From positions 11,897 to 75,896 of the forward strand of contig JAAEPJ010000072.1 of NCBI GenBank assembly GCA_024222485.1: a stretch of 64,000 nucleotides of DNA. Reading direction: 5' to 3'. Origin of the DNA: a bacterium. GTDB taxonomy: Bacteria; RUG730; JAAEPJ01. Under the pieces are notes generated by a model that had not been told where the DNA came from, ran no database searches, and saw only the letters and a program-made list of their open reading frames with translations. This document shows, piece by piece, positions 19,006 through 28,255 of the stretch (position 1 is its first letter; the number at the start of each line of letters is the position of its first letter). A program made the translations under genes and the position numbers.

Positions 19006-19222
19006 GTTTTAAAAAGCCTCCAAAATTTTCTTTATTTGTATTCATAATTTTAAAACCTCTTTTACATATTCGCTTACATATTGACACAATACGCAATAAA
19101 TTATCAATAAGTTTTTTATATCTTTTATATTTAAAGTTTAACTTGGATACTTTCTATTTCTTCTGAGTCTGTATAAAATTTAGAGTTACTACAACAAAGT
19201 TACGATTTACTATGTTTCGTAT

Positions 19223-20596
19223 TTAAAAGGTCTCCTTGTTTTTTATATATTTTTTACTTTCGTTTTCTATTTCTTGTTCTACTTTTTGTTTTGCAAGCTC
19301 AAGTAATTCTTTGCTTTCTTTACGGAGTTTATGGCTTTGCTGGATTTTTTCGGAAATCTGGGTTTGGATAGGTTGTGAGATGATTGGAATTTTGCAACTT
19401 TCAAAAGCAGTTAAATCATAACCACCTAAAATTGCCCCTTTCGAAATTCTTTGTAAAATAATAAGTAAAAATTTTGATTTAAATATAACTAAAAGAGTTT
19501 CTGAATTTATTTTATTTGATTTAAAAACATAAAATCCATTTGAAACAATAAAATTTTCATGTTCTTCATTAATTAAGGCAGAGGTTTCTAAACTACCACT
19601 AATAGAAGACAAAATAACCTCTCCTGTTTTTACTTTTCTTCTTGCTCTGGTTGGTAAATTTTTACCTAGTTCTTTTTCTGGAATCTCAATTTCACCATTA
19701 TTTGAAACTTTTGAAAGTGGTATGTAACTATATAATTCATTGTCTTTTGGAAAAAAGTTTTTTTTATTAAATTTAAAAATATTCCTCACATAATCCCATC
19801 CACCCTCATACTCTTCAATCTTTTTAATAATATCATCGTATTTTGGCTGAAAATACTCACTATCAAATCTTTTAGCTTGTTCAACTTCTTTTTTTGTTGT
19901 TTCAAATGTTAGTTTATGTTTTGGTTTGTAATTTATTAAATCTAATTCTTTTAATAATAGTTCTTCTGCTTCTTTGTAGAGTTGTTTTGATAGTGTTTGT
20001 TTTTCGTGTGCTTCTTTGACCATTCTTTCTATTTGGAGTTGGAAGGAGTGAGGGAAATATGGAAAAATAAATTTTTTCATATCTCTTATATAAAGATTTG
20101 GTTGAACATTCCCAACAACATTTCTTAATGATTGCATCCTTCCATATTTAGATAACAAAAAAGTAGAAATTAAATAAGGAGAAATTTCTTTTGATCTTAT
20201 AATTCCAACATGACGATCAGAATTGGCAGGTAATAAATCTTCTGTAATAACAGCACAATTTCCAATTGTTCCCACAGTTGAAATAATTACATCATTTTCT
20301 TGTAAAGAAGTTCTAGGATTTCTTATGTGTTGTTTTTCTGAAATATAACTTAGTCCAGAAATATCAAACATGTTTTCTTTAGGAGCTTTTGCAGAAAACA
20401 ATAAAATTTTACTTTTTTTATCAAAATTTATAGATGAGTGAATCCCATCTGTAATAAATGAAAAATCTTCAAAAAGAGTATACTCTTTACTTTTAATTTT
20501 TGCCTCTACCTCCAAATACTCAGGCTTAAAATACTCTGCATCAAATCTTCCTGCTTCTTCAATATCCTTTTTACTAACTATACTTATCTGTGCCAT
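19223..20596 (-). CDS. restriction-modification specificity (S) subunit with two target-recognition domains (HsdS/BcgIB-like)
   Basis: 457-aa ORF with duplicated architecture: GRFDAEYFKPEY...TRD1...coiled-coil spacer (KEAHEKQTLSKQLYKEAEELLLKELDL), then KRFDSEYFQPKY...TRD2...a second spacer (QQSHKLRKESKELLELAKQKVEQEIE). Confidence 0.85.
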   Translation of the reverse strand: MAQISIVSKKDIEEAGRFDAEYFKPEYLEVEAKIKSKEYTLFEDFSFITDGIHSSINFDKKSKILLFSAKAPKENMFDISGLSYISEKQHIRNPRTSLQENDVIISTVGTIGNCAVITEDLLPANSDRHVGIIRSKEISPYLISTFLLSKYGRMQSLRNVVGNVQPNLYIRDMKKFIFPYFPHSFQLQIERMVKEAHEKQTLSKQLYKEAEELLLKELDLINYKPKHKLTFETTKKEVEQAKRFDSEYFQPKYDDIIKKIEEYEGGWDYVRNIFKFNKKNFFPKDNELYSYIPLSKVSNNGEIEIPEKELGKNLPTRARRKVKTGEVILSSISGSLETSALINEEHENFIVSNGFYVFKSNKINSETLLVIFKSKFLLIILQRISKGAILGGYDLTAFESCKIPIISQPIQTQISEKIQQSHKLRKESKELLELAKQKVEQEIENESKKYIKNKETF

Positions 20597-20702
20597 AATT
20601 ATTTCAATCTCTTTACTGTTTTATTTTCAATTCCATCGAATTAGATGGAATTACAAATTGTGCCATCAGTGTTGACACAATTTATTTGTTTTTTTAAATT
20701 TC

Positions 20703-22790
20703 CTAACACTTAGTCTTTTCACTCCAAAAACTCAATTTTTCTTTTTTAGCCCATTTTTCAAACTCATAAGCAATTTCTTTTAAATCCTGTTTTTGTATTA
20801 AATGATTATGCTCATCAACTTTTCTTTCTCCTGTTTCCTCATCAACCTCATAAATCTCTTCTCCTGAATTATCCTTTCCAGAGTTTTCTGAAACTGCCAT
20901 AAAAATACTATAATCATCAATTTTAGGGTTATAAGTTTCTGAATTTTTATCCTCATCCCATTTTTGAACAAATAATACAGATGTTTTTGTTCCTGTATGT
21001 GGCTTAAAAGTATTGCCATCAAGACCAACTACGGCAATTAGTCTTGCTCTTTCCATTATAAATTCTCGAATTCTTTCATCACTTGTATTGTTAAACCTTC
21101 CTTGTGGAAGAACAATAGCCATCCGGCCGCCATCTTTTAGAAAATCTAAATTTCTTTCAATAAATAAAACATCTCTAGAAATTTTGCTTACTTTTTTACC
21201 TTTTTTAAAAGCAACATCATAATTTGAAATTAAACGACTGTCTTTTATATCTCCTGCAAAAGGTGGATTTGCCATAACAATATCAAAATTAAATTCTTTT
21301 GGATGAGATGAGTCCTTTGCCAAATCTAAAAGCCTCAGGTAACCTTCATTATAAGTTTTCATCCAGTCTCTATCTTTTTGTTTCTCATTCCATCTTGAAT
21401 AATCCAAACTATTTAAATGCAGTACATTAGTTTTTCCATCTCCTGCAATCATGTTTAAAGTTCTTGCTACACGAACAGATTTTTCATCAAAGTCAATTCC
21501 AAAAACTTTGGTGACATATTTTTTTTGTTCTCGTGTTAATTTTTGATTTGAAAAATTAGCAAAATTAGCTTTGCCTTGATTAACTAATTTTTGCCAAACA
21601 TTAAAAAGAGTATGCACAGTAAACCCACAACTTCCACAAGCAGTATCAATCATATATTCGTTTAAATGTGGATTTATCATATAAACAGCCATATCAATTA
21701 CATTTCTTGGCGTAAAATATTGACCTTTTTCACCCTTCGCAGATTTATTAACAAGATATTCAAAAGCTTCATCAATTACTTGAAGATTTGAGTTAAAAAG
21801 TTTTACATTTTGCAAAAATCCTACACAGATTTGCAAATGGTTTTCATCTGTAATTCTTAAAGGTTCCCCTTTTTCAAAAATACCAGACCATTTATCTTTT
21901 GCTTTTTGAAATAACTCATTTATAACTTTTTTAGTATGATGAGAATCTCCACGACTTCTAAACTCTAATTTTCTAAAACCTTCATTATCAATTTTTTCTA
22001 AAATTTCTTTATCGCTTAAACTATCATTTTGTTTTTTTATTATTTTAAACTGTGTTTCAATATTTACTCTATCATCTGAGCTTTCCATTTCATCATAAAG
22101 TTTTGTGAAAATCATTTTAAAAACTTCCTCAAAAACATCAACACCAGCATTTGCTAAAACTTCATCTTCCATTTCTTCAATTAAAGATTTCAATGATTTT
22201 CTTTCTTCATAAAGTCTATCTTTTTGCATTAATTCTAAATATGTAAAAAATTCATTTTTAATATCATCTATTGTTTCATTTGCTTTTGGGATATTTGAAA
22301 GCGGTTCAAAATAGTTTGGGTCAAGTCGCTCGTAATAAGCTATTTCAACTCCATTTGTCCAAACTGCAAGAGGTGAGCCTGTTCCATTACAATAACTTTT
22401 TAATTGGTCTTTACCATCTTTTGCTTTATGTTTTTTTATTTCCAAAACACAATAAACACTTGTTCTATCAGACTTATTTAATATAACAATATCAGCAAAC
22501 TTTTTTTCTCTTCCGAAATTAACAGTATACTCAACTTCAAGTAAGTTTAACGGATAATCATATTCATAAATAAGTTTATCAAGCATTAATTGTCTAATTA
22601 TTTCTTCTGGTTTTGCTTGAATATCTTTATTTCGTTTAAGACATTTAATAAATTTTTTATCTTTTTTATTAAAAATATTTCTTTCAATTCTATCTATACT
22701 TTCAGAAGAAAAAATAGTTAAATCATATTTATCATTAGACTTTACTAATTCTGCAAGTTTAGTATTTGTATCAATTTTTATATTACTCAT
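20703..22790 (-). CDS. fused PD-(D/E)xK endonuclease + gamma-class N6-adenine DNA methyltransferase (type IIB BcgIA-like / type IIG-like RM protein)
   Basis: N-terminal HsdR_N-type nuclease motif (FADIVILN...VLEIKKHK), then GQYFTPRNVIDMAV, motif I IDTACGSCGF and motif IV VMANPPFAG. No separate helicase-type HsdR gene is adjacent. Confidence 0.8.
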   Translation of the reverse strand: MSNIKIDTNTKLAELVKSNDKYDLTIFSSESIDRIERNIFNKKDKKFIKCLKRNKDIQAKPEEIIRQLMLDKLIYEYDYPLNLLEVEYTVNFGREKKFADIVILNKSDRTSVYCVLEIKKHKAKDGKDQLKSYCNGTGSPLAVWTNGVEIAYYERLDPNYFEPLSNIPKANETIDDIKNEFFTYLELMQKDRLYEERKSLKSLIEEMEDEVLANAGVDVFEEVFKMIFTKLYDEMESSDDRVNIETQFKIIKKQNDSLSDKEILEKIDNEGFRKLEFRSRGDSHHTKKVINELFQKAKDKWSGIFEKGEPLRITDENHLQICVGFLQNVKLFNSNLQVIDEAFEYLVNKSAKGEKGQYFTPRNVIDMAVYMINPHLNEYMIDTACGSCGFTVHTLFNVWQKLVNQGKANFANFSNQKLTREQKKYVTKVFGIDFDEKSVRVARTLNMIAGDGKTNVLHLNSLDYSRWNEKQKDRDWMKTYNEGYLRLLDLAKDSSHPKEFNFDIVMANPPFAGDIKDSRLISNYDVAFKKGKKVSKISRDVLFIERNLDFLKDGGRMAIVLPQGRFNNTSDERIREFIMERARLIAVVGLDGNTFKPHTGTKTSVLFVQKWDEDKNSETYNPKIDDYSIFMAVSENSGKDNSGEEIYEVDEETGERKVDEHNHLIQKQDLKEIAYEFEKWAKKEKLSFWSEKTKC

Positions 22791-22952
22791 TTTGTTGTTT
22801 TTCCCTTAGTAATAATTTTTATACTTTCTTTTCTTTCTGCCACATCTCTTTATTTTTCAAGCCAATAATAAATAAATTTAATAGATTGAAAAAAGTTTTT
22901 TGATTTATTAAACAACCTTAATGTAATTGTATTTTATGAGCTGTGACAGAGG

Positions 22953-23687
22953 CTATAACTTTTCTATTTCTTCTTTGAAAAGTTTTGTATATTTCATTAT
23001 TTCTTCAAGGGGTTTCCCATCTTTCTTCATTTCTTTCGCCATTTCAAACTTTTCTTCTTTGCGACCTTCAGCAAGCCCCTCTTTTTTCCCTTTTTTAATT
23101 CCTGATTTTTCACCCTCACTCAATCCCTCAACAAGCCCATCTCTCTTGCCTGATATTCTTCCCTCATGTATTCCCTCTTTTCTTCCTTCTTCCTTGTCCT
23201 CTGCTCTTCGCTCTAGGTACAAAGCTTGCATTTTATACTGCTCTTCCATGCTAAAAAAACTATCATTGCCTATAATGATATGGTCATGAAATTTCATGCC
23301 GCCCGTTTCGGTTAATAATAAAAGTTCCTTGGTAAAGGCTATGTCATTGCCGCTTGGCTCTGGGTTTCCGCTTGGGTGGTTATGCACGACTATTACTCCA
23401 TAAGCATTTAGTGCAATAGAGGCTCGTATCACTTCAAACTCTCTTGTATATATTCCATCTATTCCGCCTATGGCAATTGTTTCAAAACATATTATCCTCA
23501 TGTCTTTATCTAGGCTTATTGTTATTATTTTTTCTTTTGACTCATTTTGCAAATCAGAAAATAGCTCATAAACTAGTTTTGTATCTACTAGTTGAACATC
23601 TTTAAACTTTGATGATACTCTCTTCTTTTTGTACTGCATATTAAGCTCTCTTAAATAAACTGTTTCTTTTTTGGGAGTTTCTGACAT
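22953..23687 (-). CDS. RadC-like JAB/MPN domain protein fused to an EG-repeat + Rpn-type C-terminal tail
   Basis: VIVVHNHPSGNPEPSGNDIAFT JAMM motif, followed by EGRKEGIHEGRISGKRDGLVEGLSEGEKSGIKKGKKEGLAEGRKEE and then FEMAKEMKKDGKPLEEIMKYTKLFKEEIEKL. Confidence 0.75.
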   Translation of the reverse strand: MSETPKKETVYLRELNMQYKKKRVSSKFKDVQLVDTKLVYELFSDLQNESKEKIITISLDKDMRIICFETIAIGGIDGIYTREFEVIRASIALNAYGVIVVHNHPSGNPEPSGNDIAFTKELLLLTETGGMKFHDHIIIGNDSFFSMEEQYKMQALYLERRAEDKEEGRKEGIHEGRISGKRDGLVEGLSEGEKSGIKKGKKEGLAEGRKEEKFEMAKEMKKDGKPLEEIMKYTKLFKEEIEKL

Positions 23688-23800
23688 TTTTTATTCTCCT
23701 AGTTTTAGTTTTTAAGGTGCATTATTATAATATTATATATACATAATAATTGTTAGATAAACAATTCCTTTTCAAAGTTTTGTTTTGCTTTTTGTTTACG

Positions 23801-24400
23801 CTAATTACTTGAATAATTTCTTAACAACCTCAAAAGCTCTTGCTGTTGACTTTGCAATTTAGCATCAAAAATAATTTTATAATCAAAATTTTTATTTAAA
23901 TCTATAAAGTCTTTAAATCCAACCTCTTTACTAAAAACCTCATTAAATAAACTTTTAATTTTACCATCATAGCTTTTTTTGTTTGCTTCATAATCTATTT
24001 TTTTACCCTGCCCTTTCACCTCTATAACTAAATATCTACCTTTTCTTGTTTCAATCAAAAAATCAGAAAAATATTTTGATATATTCTTATATTCAGGATT
24101 ATAGTAGTCAAAATAAAAGTCATTATGTAGTTGGTTTAAACTCCACCAGTAAAATAAATATCTACTATTAGCTCATCCTGTTCTAGCTCGTTTGCTAAAG
24201 TTAAAAATAAATCTTTTTCATCTTCACTATCAAAATTATAAGGATTTATATGAAAACCTATTTTTTCATTATACTCTTGTTTATAAACAACTAATTTATT
24301 TTTTCTTGTATTAATATTTATTTGAAATGGATATGCTTTTGTTATATCTAGCTCCTCATTAAAAATAGTTTCTTTTATTTCATAATCAAAAACTTTTTTT
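23801..24400 (-). pseudogene. 3'-terminal remnant of a PD-(D/E)xK nuclease-containing gene (type III Res-like C-terminal region), frameshifted
   Basis: Own translation gives FDYEIKETIFNEELDITKAYPFQINI...INPYNFDSEDEKDLFLTLANELEQDELIVDIYFTGGV-stop (TAA 24136-24138). After a 1-nt shift it continues NQLHNDFYFDYYNPEYKNISKYFSDFLIETRKGRYLVIEVKGQG... to the stop at 23801. The D...ExK motif is SDFLI...IEVKG. No upstream helicase portion is present. Confidence 0.55.
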
Positions 24401-24605
24401 ATTCCTATCTTTATTTGGATAATTACCCTTTAACACTCTCCTTGGCTTATCACCATAATTTATTAGAAAATACAATGGCATTATTCCCTACGATATCCAT
24501 CATTTCCCCGATTATTGCTCTAAAAAGCTCAAATTCTTATTTTTAAATTAATAGGGGAAAGTTAAAAAAATATTGCCATCTTTGTGATTAGCATAACTTT
24601 AAATG

Positions 24606-25703
24606 TTACACATTAAACAAAAATTCTACAATATCACCATCTTTCATCACATAATCACGCCCCTCTTGTCGAATGACACCAGCTTCTCGTGCTTTCTTAA
24701 GACCATTATATGTTACAAAATCATTAAAAGGAATGATATTAGCACGAATAAACCCACGCTCAAAATCCGTATGAATAACTCCAGCTGCTTCCGGTGCAGT
24801 CGCACCTTTTTTAACTGTCCAAGCACGGGTTTCTTTCTCTCCTGTAGTTAGATATGTTTGCAACCCTAAAAGATTGAAACATTTTTTAGCAATTAAATCT
24901 AAACCAGAAAATTCTAAACCAAGTGCTTCCAAATATTCTTTTTTTTCTTCCTTATCAAGAGTAGAGATTTCCTCCTCAACTTTGGCTGAAATAATGACAA
25001 ACTCATCTCCACTCTCTCGGGCATATTCATTAATTTTTTTTATTGCGTCATTTTCTTGACCAATCTGCGTTTCGGCAATATTAGCAATATAAACTACTTT
25101 TTTCGCGGTTAAAAAACCAAACTCTTTAATAAGTGTAGCTTCTTCTTCGGTTAAATCCAAAGAACGAACTGTTTTCTCATCCTCAAGTGTTTTAAGAATC
25201 TGCGCCAAAAGTTTATGTTTATCCATTAATTCTGAATCTTTAGCTCCTTTCAGCCGTTTGGCTAAATTATCAAGCGCTTTTTGTGCCGCCTCAAAATCAC
25301 TCATAATAAGTTCAAAATTAATCGTTTTAATATCAGAAATAGGATCGATTTTACCAGAAACATGTACAATATTATCATCTTCAAAAGCACGAACCACATG
25401 GGCGATGGCTGATACCTCTCGAATATTAGATAAAAATTTATTGCCAAGCCCTTCGCCTTGAGATGCTCCTTTAACCAATCCAGCAATATCTACAAATTTA
25501 ATGGTAGAATGAATAATCTCTTTCGTATTACTTATTTTCGCTAAAATATCTAACCGCTCATCCGGAATAACCACAATCCCTGTATTAGGTTCTATTGTAC
25601 AAAAAGGATAATTTTGTGCTTCTGCCCCAGCATTTGTAATTGCATTAAACAAAGTTGATTTTCCGACATTTGGAAGACCAACGATACCTATTGAAAGTGC
25701 CAT
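24606..25703 (-). CDS. ychF: ribosome-binding ATPase YchF (Obg-like)
   Basis: 365-aa ORF with GIVGLPNVGKSTLFNA (P-loop) and a C-terminal TGS-like domain ending DGDIVEFLFNV. Confidence 0.93.
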   Translation of the reverse strand: MALSIGIVGLPNVGKSTLFNAITNAGAEAQNYPFCTIEPNTGIVVIPDERLDILAKISNTKEIIHSTIKFVDIAGLVKGASQGEGLGNKFLSNIREVSAIAHVVRAFEDDNIVHVSGKIDPISDIKTINFELIMSDFEAAQKALDNLAKRLKGAKDSELMDKHKLLAQILKTLEDEKTVRSLDLTEEEATLIKEFGFLTAKKVVYIANIAETQIGQENDAIKKINEYARESGDEFVIISAKVEEEISTLDKEEKKEYLEALGLEFSGLDLIAKKCFNLLGLQTYLTTGEKETRAWTVKKGATAPEAAGVIHTDFERGFIRANIIPFNDFVTYNGLKKAREAGVIRQEGRDYVMKDGDIVEFLFNV

Positions 25704-25865
25704 TTTTTTCTCCTAAGTTTAATATTGCAAACAATCTAATAAAATAAATATTATAAAAATTCGCAAATTTCATAATCAAATACTTACTTCCCAACAAAGC
25801 TTTAATGAATAAATGATACAAACAACCTAAAAAAGTATTGCCAAAGGCATAAAACGATATCTTTA

Positions 25866-28208
25866 TTACAAAGACCTGCTACTTTTAACAATACTCTGAT
25901 CAATTGATGAACTACTAAAAACAACCTGTTCTAGCTTTGAGATATCAAAAATTTCCTCATCATCAATTTCCTCAATTTCTTTAATATCATCATAATTATT
26001 AAAAAGTTCTGAATACATAGAAACCTCTTCCGGTTCTGTCCCTTGAATAAAAGCTTCCATATATGAGTTTTCATCTAACTCAATCGACCTTAACCCTGTA
26101 TTCTTATTAATAGGCACAAAAACAATATTATCTGGGATATCAAAATCAATCTTTGGTTTTTCTTTTAAAGCTTTTTTCATAAAATCAGTCCAAATCGGAC
26201 AAGCCAGTCTACCACCTGTTCGCCCTTTACCTAAAGTTCTTTGATCATCAAACCCTACCCAGACACTCGCTACAATTTGTGGGGTAAAACCAATAAACCA
26301 AGCATCAGAATAATTATTAGTTGTACCAGTTTTTCCTCCTGTAGGGCGCCTAAGTCGCCTAGCATATCGACCAGTACCATATTCTACTACCCCATGTAAT
26401 AAGTGTGACATAATAAATGCTGTTTCCTCTGATAAAACCTCTTCTTCTTCAGGGTACCTCTGTTCTAATAATTGCCCATCATTATCATAAATCTTAATAA
26501 TAGCATAAGGCTTAGTCTTAACTCCACGATTAGCAATTGTTGCATAGGCATTAGTAAGCTCTAAAGGAGTTACAACAAAAGTCCCAAGGGCCATTGATAA
26601 ATAAGGTGCAACATAGCTTTTAATCCCTAGTTTTTTAGCATAATAACAAGCGGTGGATGTTCCGGCCTTTTCTAAGAGCTTAATTGATGTAACATTAATT
26701 GATTTCTGTAATGAAGTCCTAAGAGTAACATCCCCCTTATATTTATTTGAGTAGTTGCCTGGTCTCCAGATCTGCATGGGATCATACTTCACTTCTTCTT
26801 TATCTTCTTCATCAACATTAATTATCTTATGTTTAGCTATGAGAGAAGCCTCATCACCATTTTTATCTTCATCTTCTTCGATAATTCTAAGACCTGAGAT
26901 AATTTCAGGATCAACATCAGAATAATCCGTTGTATTTCCAACAAGTTCCCAATCAGTGCCATCATTATAGTAAATAACAGGCTCATCCTTTAAAATAATA
27001 TTAGAAGCAAGCCCTTGGTCAATAGCTGCTGTAAAAATAATGGGCTTAAAACAGGATCCTGGCTGCCTTCTAGCTTGAATAGCACGGTTAAACTGACTGT
27101 CTTTAAAATCACGCCCACCAACTAGAGCACGAATCTGTCCGTTCTTAGTATCCAGTGCAATAATAGAACCCTGAACATTTTTGTATGTATCCGTTGAATC
27201 ATAAATCAAAATATCTTTATCCCATTTTGAAAGCTTTTTTTGCGGGTGTTCCAAGTGCTCTTTAATTTTTCTTAGCTTTAGAACATCGAACTTTTCTAAA
27301 TGTTTTTTTAGAGCATTCACCGCAGCAATCTGCATATTTAAATCAATTGTTGTATAAATTTGTAATCCTCCACGGTATAACATTTCCCCATAAAGAGATT
27401 CAAGCTCTTGTCGAACATACTCTACAAAATATGAAGCATATTTTTCCTCAATATTTTTTTCTATGGTAATAATAGGAGTACTTTTACTAATTTCATAATG
27501 TTCCTGTGTAATAAATTTTTCATCATACATCCGCCTTAAAACAGTATTCCGACGCTTTAAAGCAGACTCTGGGTATTTAAATGGAGAATAATATGATGGA
27601 GCCTTAGGTAACCCAGCAATAAGTGCACATTCTTCTAGGTTTAAAGCATTCGGATGTTTGCCAAAATACAGATCTGCCGCCATATTAATTCCATACACTC
27701 CATGCCCAAAGTAAATATGATTAAAATACATTCCTAAAATTTCATTTTTAGAATATTGCTGTTCTAATTTAATGGCTAAAATAGCTTCCTTAATTTTACG
27801 GATATAGCTTCTATCAAGTGTTAAAAATAAATTACGCGCCAACTGCTGAGTAATTGTACTAGTTGCAGACAGCCTTTTTCCAGTCAGTAATTTCTTTAAA
27901 ATTGCACGCACAATCCCAATCGGATCTATCCCCCAATGCCTATAATAACGCTTATCTTCTGTGGCCACAATTGCATCTATTAAGTTCTCAGGAATCTGAT
28001 CAAAAGCAAGGAAAATACGCCGTTCAATAAACAGTTCATCAATCAGCTCGCCATGCATATCATAAATTTTTGTTGTTAAATTAGGTTTGTAATACTGAAG
28101 CTCCTCAATAGAAGGTAAATCCTTAGAAAAATAATGAACCAGAAAGACGCCTTTAGCCACTATCAAAACAAATAATAAAACTGCAATAATTATTAATTTA
28201 TTTTTCAT
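25866..28208 (-). CDS. mrcA: class A penicillin-binding protein (glycosyltransferase GT51 + transpeptidase), PBP1A-like
   Basis: GT51 motifs (ATEDKRYYRHWGID, TITQQLARN) and transpeptidase SCFKP (SxxK) and KTGTT motifs. Start set at MKNKLIII (28208). Confidence 0.88.
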   Translation of the reverse strand: MKNKLIIIAVLLFVLIVAKGVFLVHYFSKDLPSIEELQYYKPNLTTKIYDMHGELIDELFIERRIFLAFDQIPENLIDAIVATEDKRYYRHWGIDPIGIVRAILKKLLTGKRLSATSTITQQLARNLFLTLDRSYIRKIKEAILAIKLEQQYSKNEILGMYFNHIYFGHGVYGINMAADLYFGKHPNALNLEECALIAGLPKAPSYYSPFKYPESALKRRNTVLRRMYDEKFITQEHYEISKSTPIITIEKNIEEKYASYFVEYVRQELESLYGEMLYRGGLQIYTTIDLNMQIAAVNALKKHLEKFDVLKLRKIKEHLEHPQKKLSKWDKDILIYDSTDTYKNVQGSIIALDTKNGQIRALVGGRDFKDSQFNRAIQARRQPGSCFKPIIFTAAIDQGLASNIILKDEPVIYYNDGTDWELVGNTTDYSDVDPEIISGLRIIEEDEDKNGDEASLIAKHKIINVDEEDKEEVKYDPMQIWRPGNYSNKYKGDVTLRTSLQKSINVTSIKLLEKAGTSTACYYAKKLGIKSYVAPYLSMALGTFVVTPLELTNAYATIANRGVKTKPYAIIKIYDNDGQLLEQRYPEEEEVLSEETAFIMSHLLHGVVEYGTGRYARRLRRPTGGKTGTTNNYSDAWFIGFTPQIVASVWVGFDDQRTLGKGRTGGRLACPIWTDFMKKALKEKPKIDFDIPDNIVFVPINKNTGLRSIELDENSYMEAFIQGTEPEEVSMYSELFNNYDDIKEIEEIDDEEIFDISKLEQVVFSSSSIDQSIVKSSRSL

Positions 28209-28255
28209 ATTTTTACCACATAACAACCTAAGTTTTTATTCTTCATTCCTCTACT

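Noticed and set aside
22927-23289. Plus-strand 120-aa Ser/Pro/Phe-rich repetitive ORF that at first looks like a secreted repeat protein.
   Set aside because: It is the mirror image of the EG-repeat tail of the minus-strand RadC-like gene: GAA/GGA-rich codons read as TTC/TCC on the other strand. It has no independent start context.
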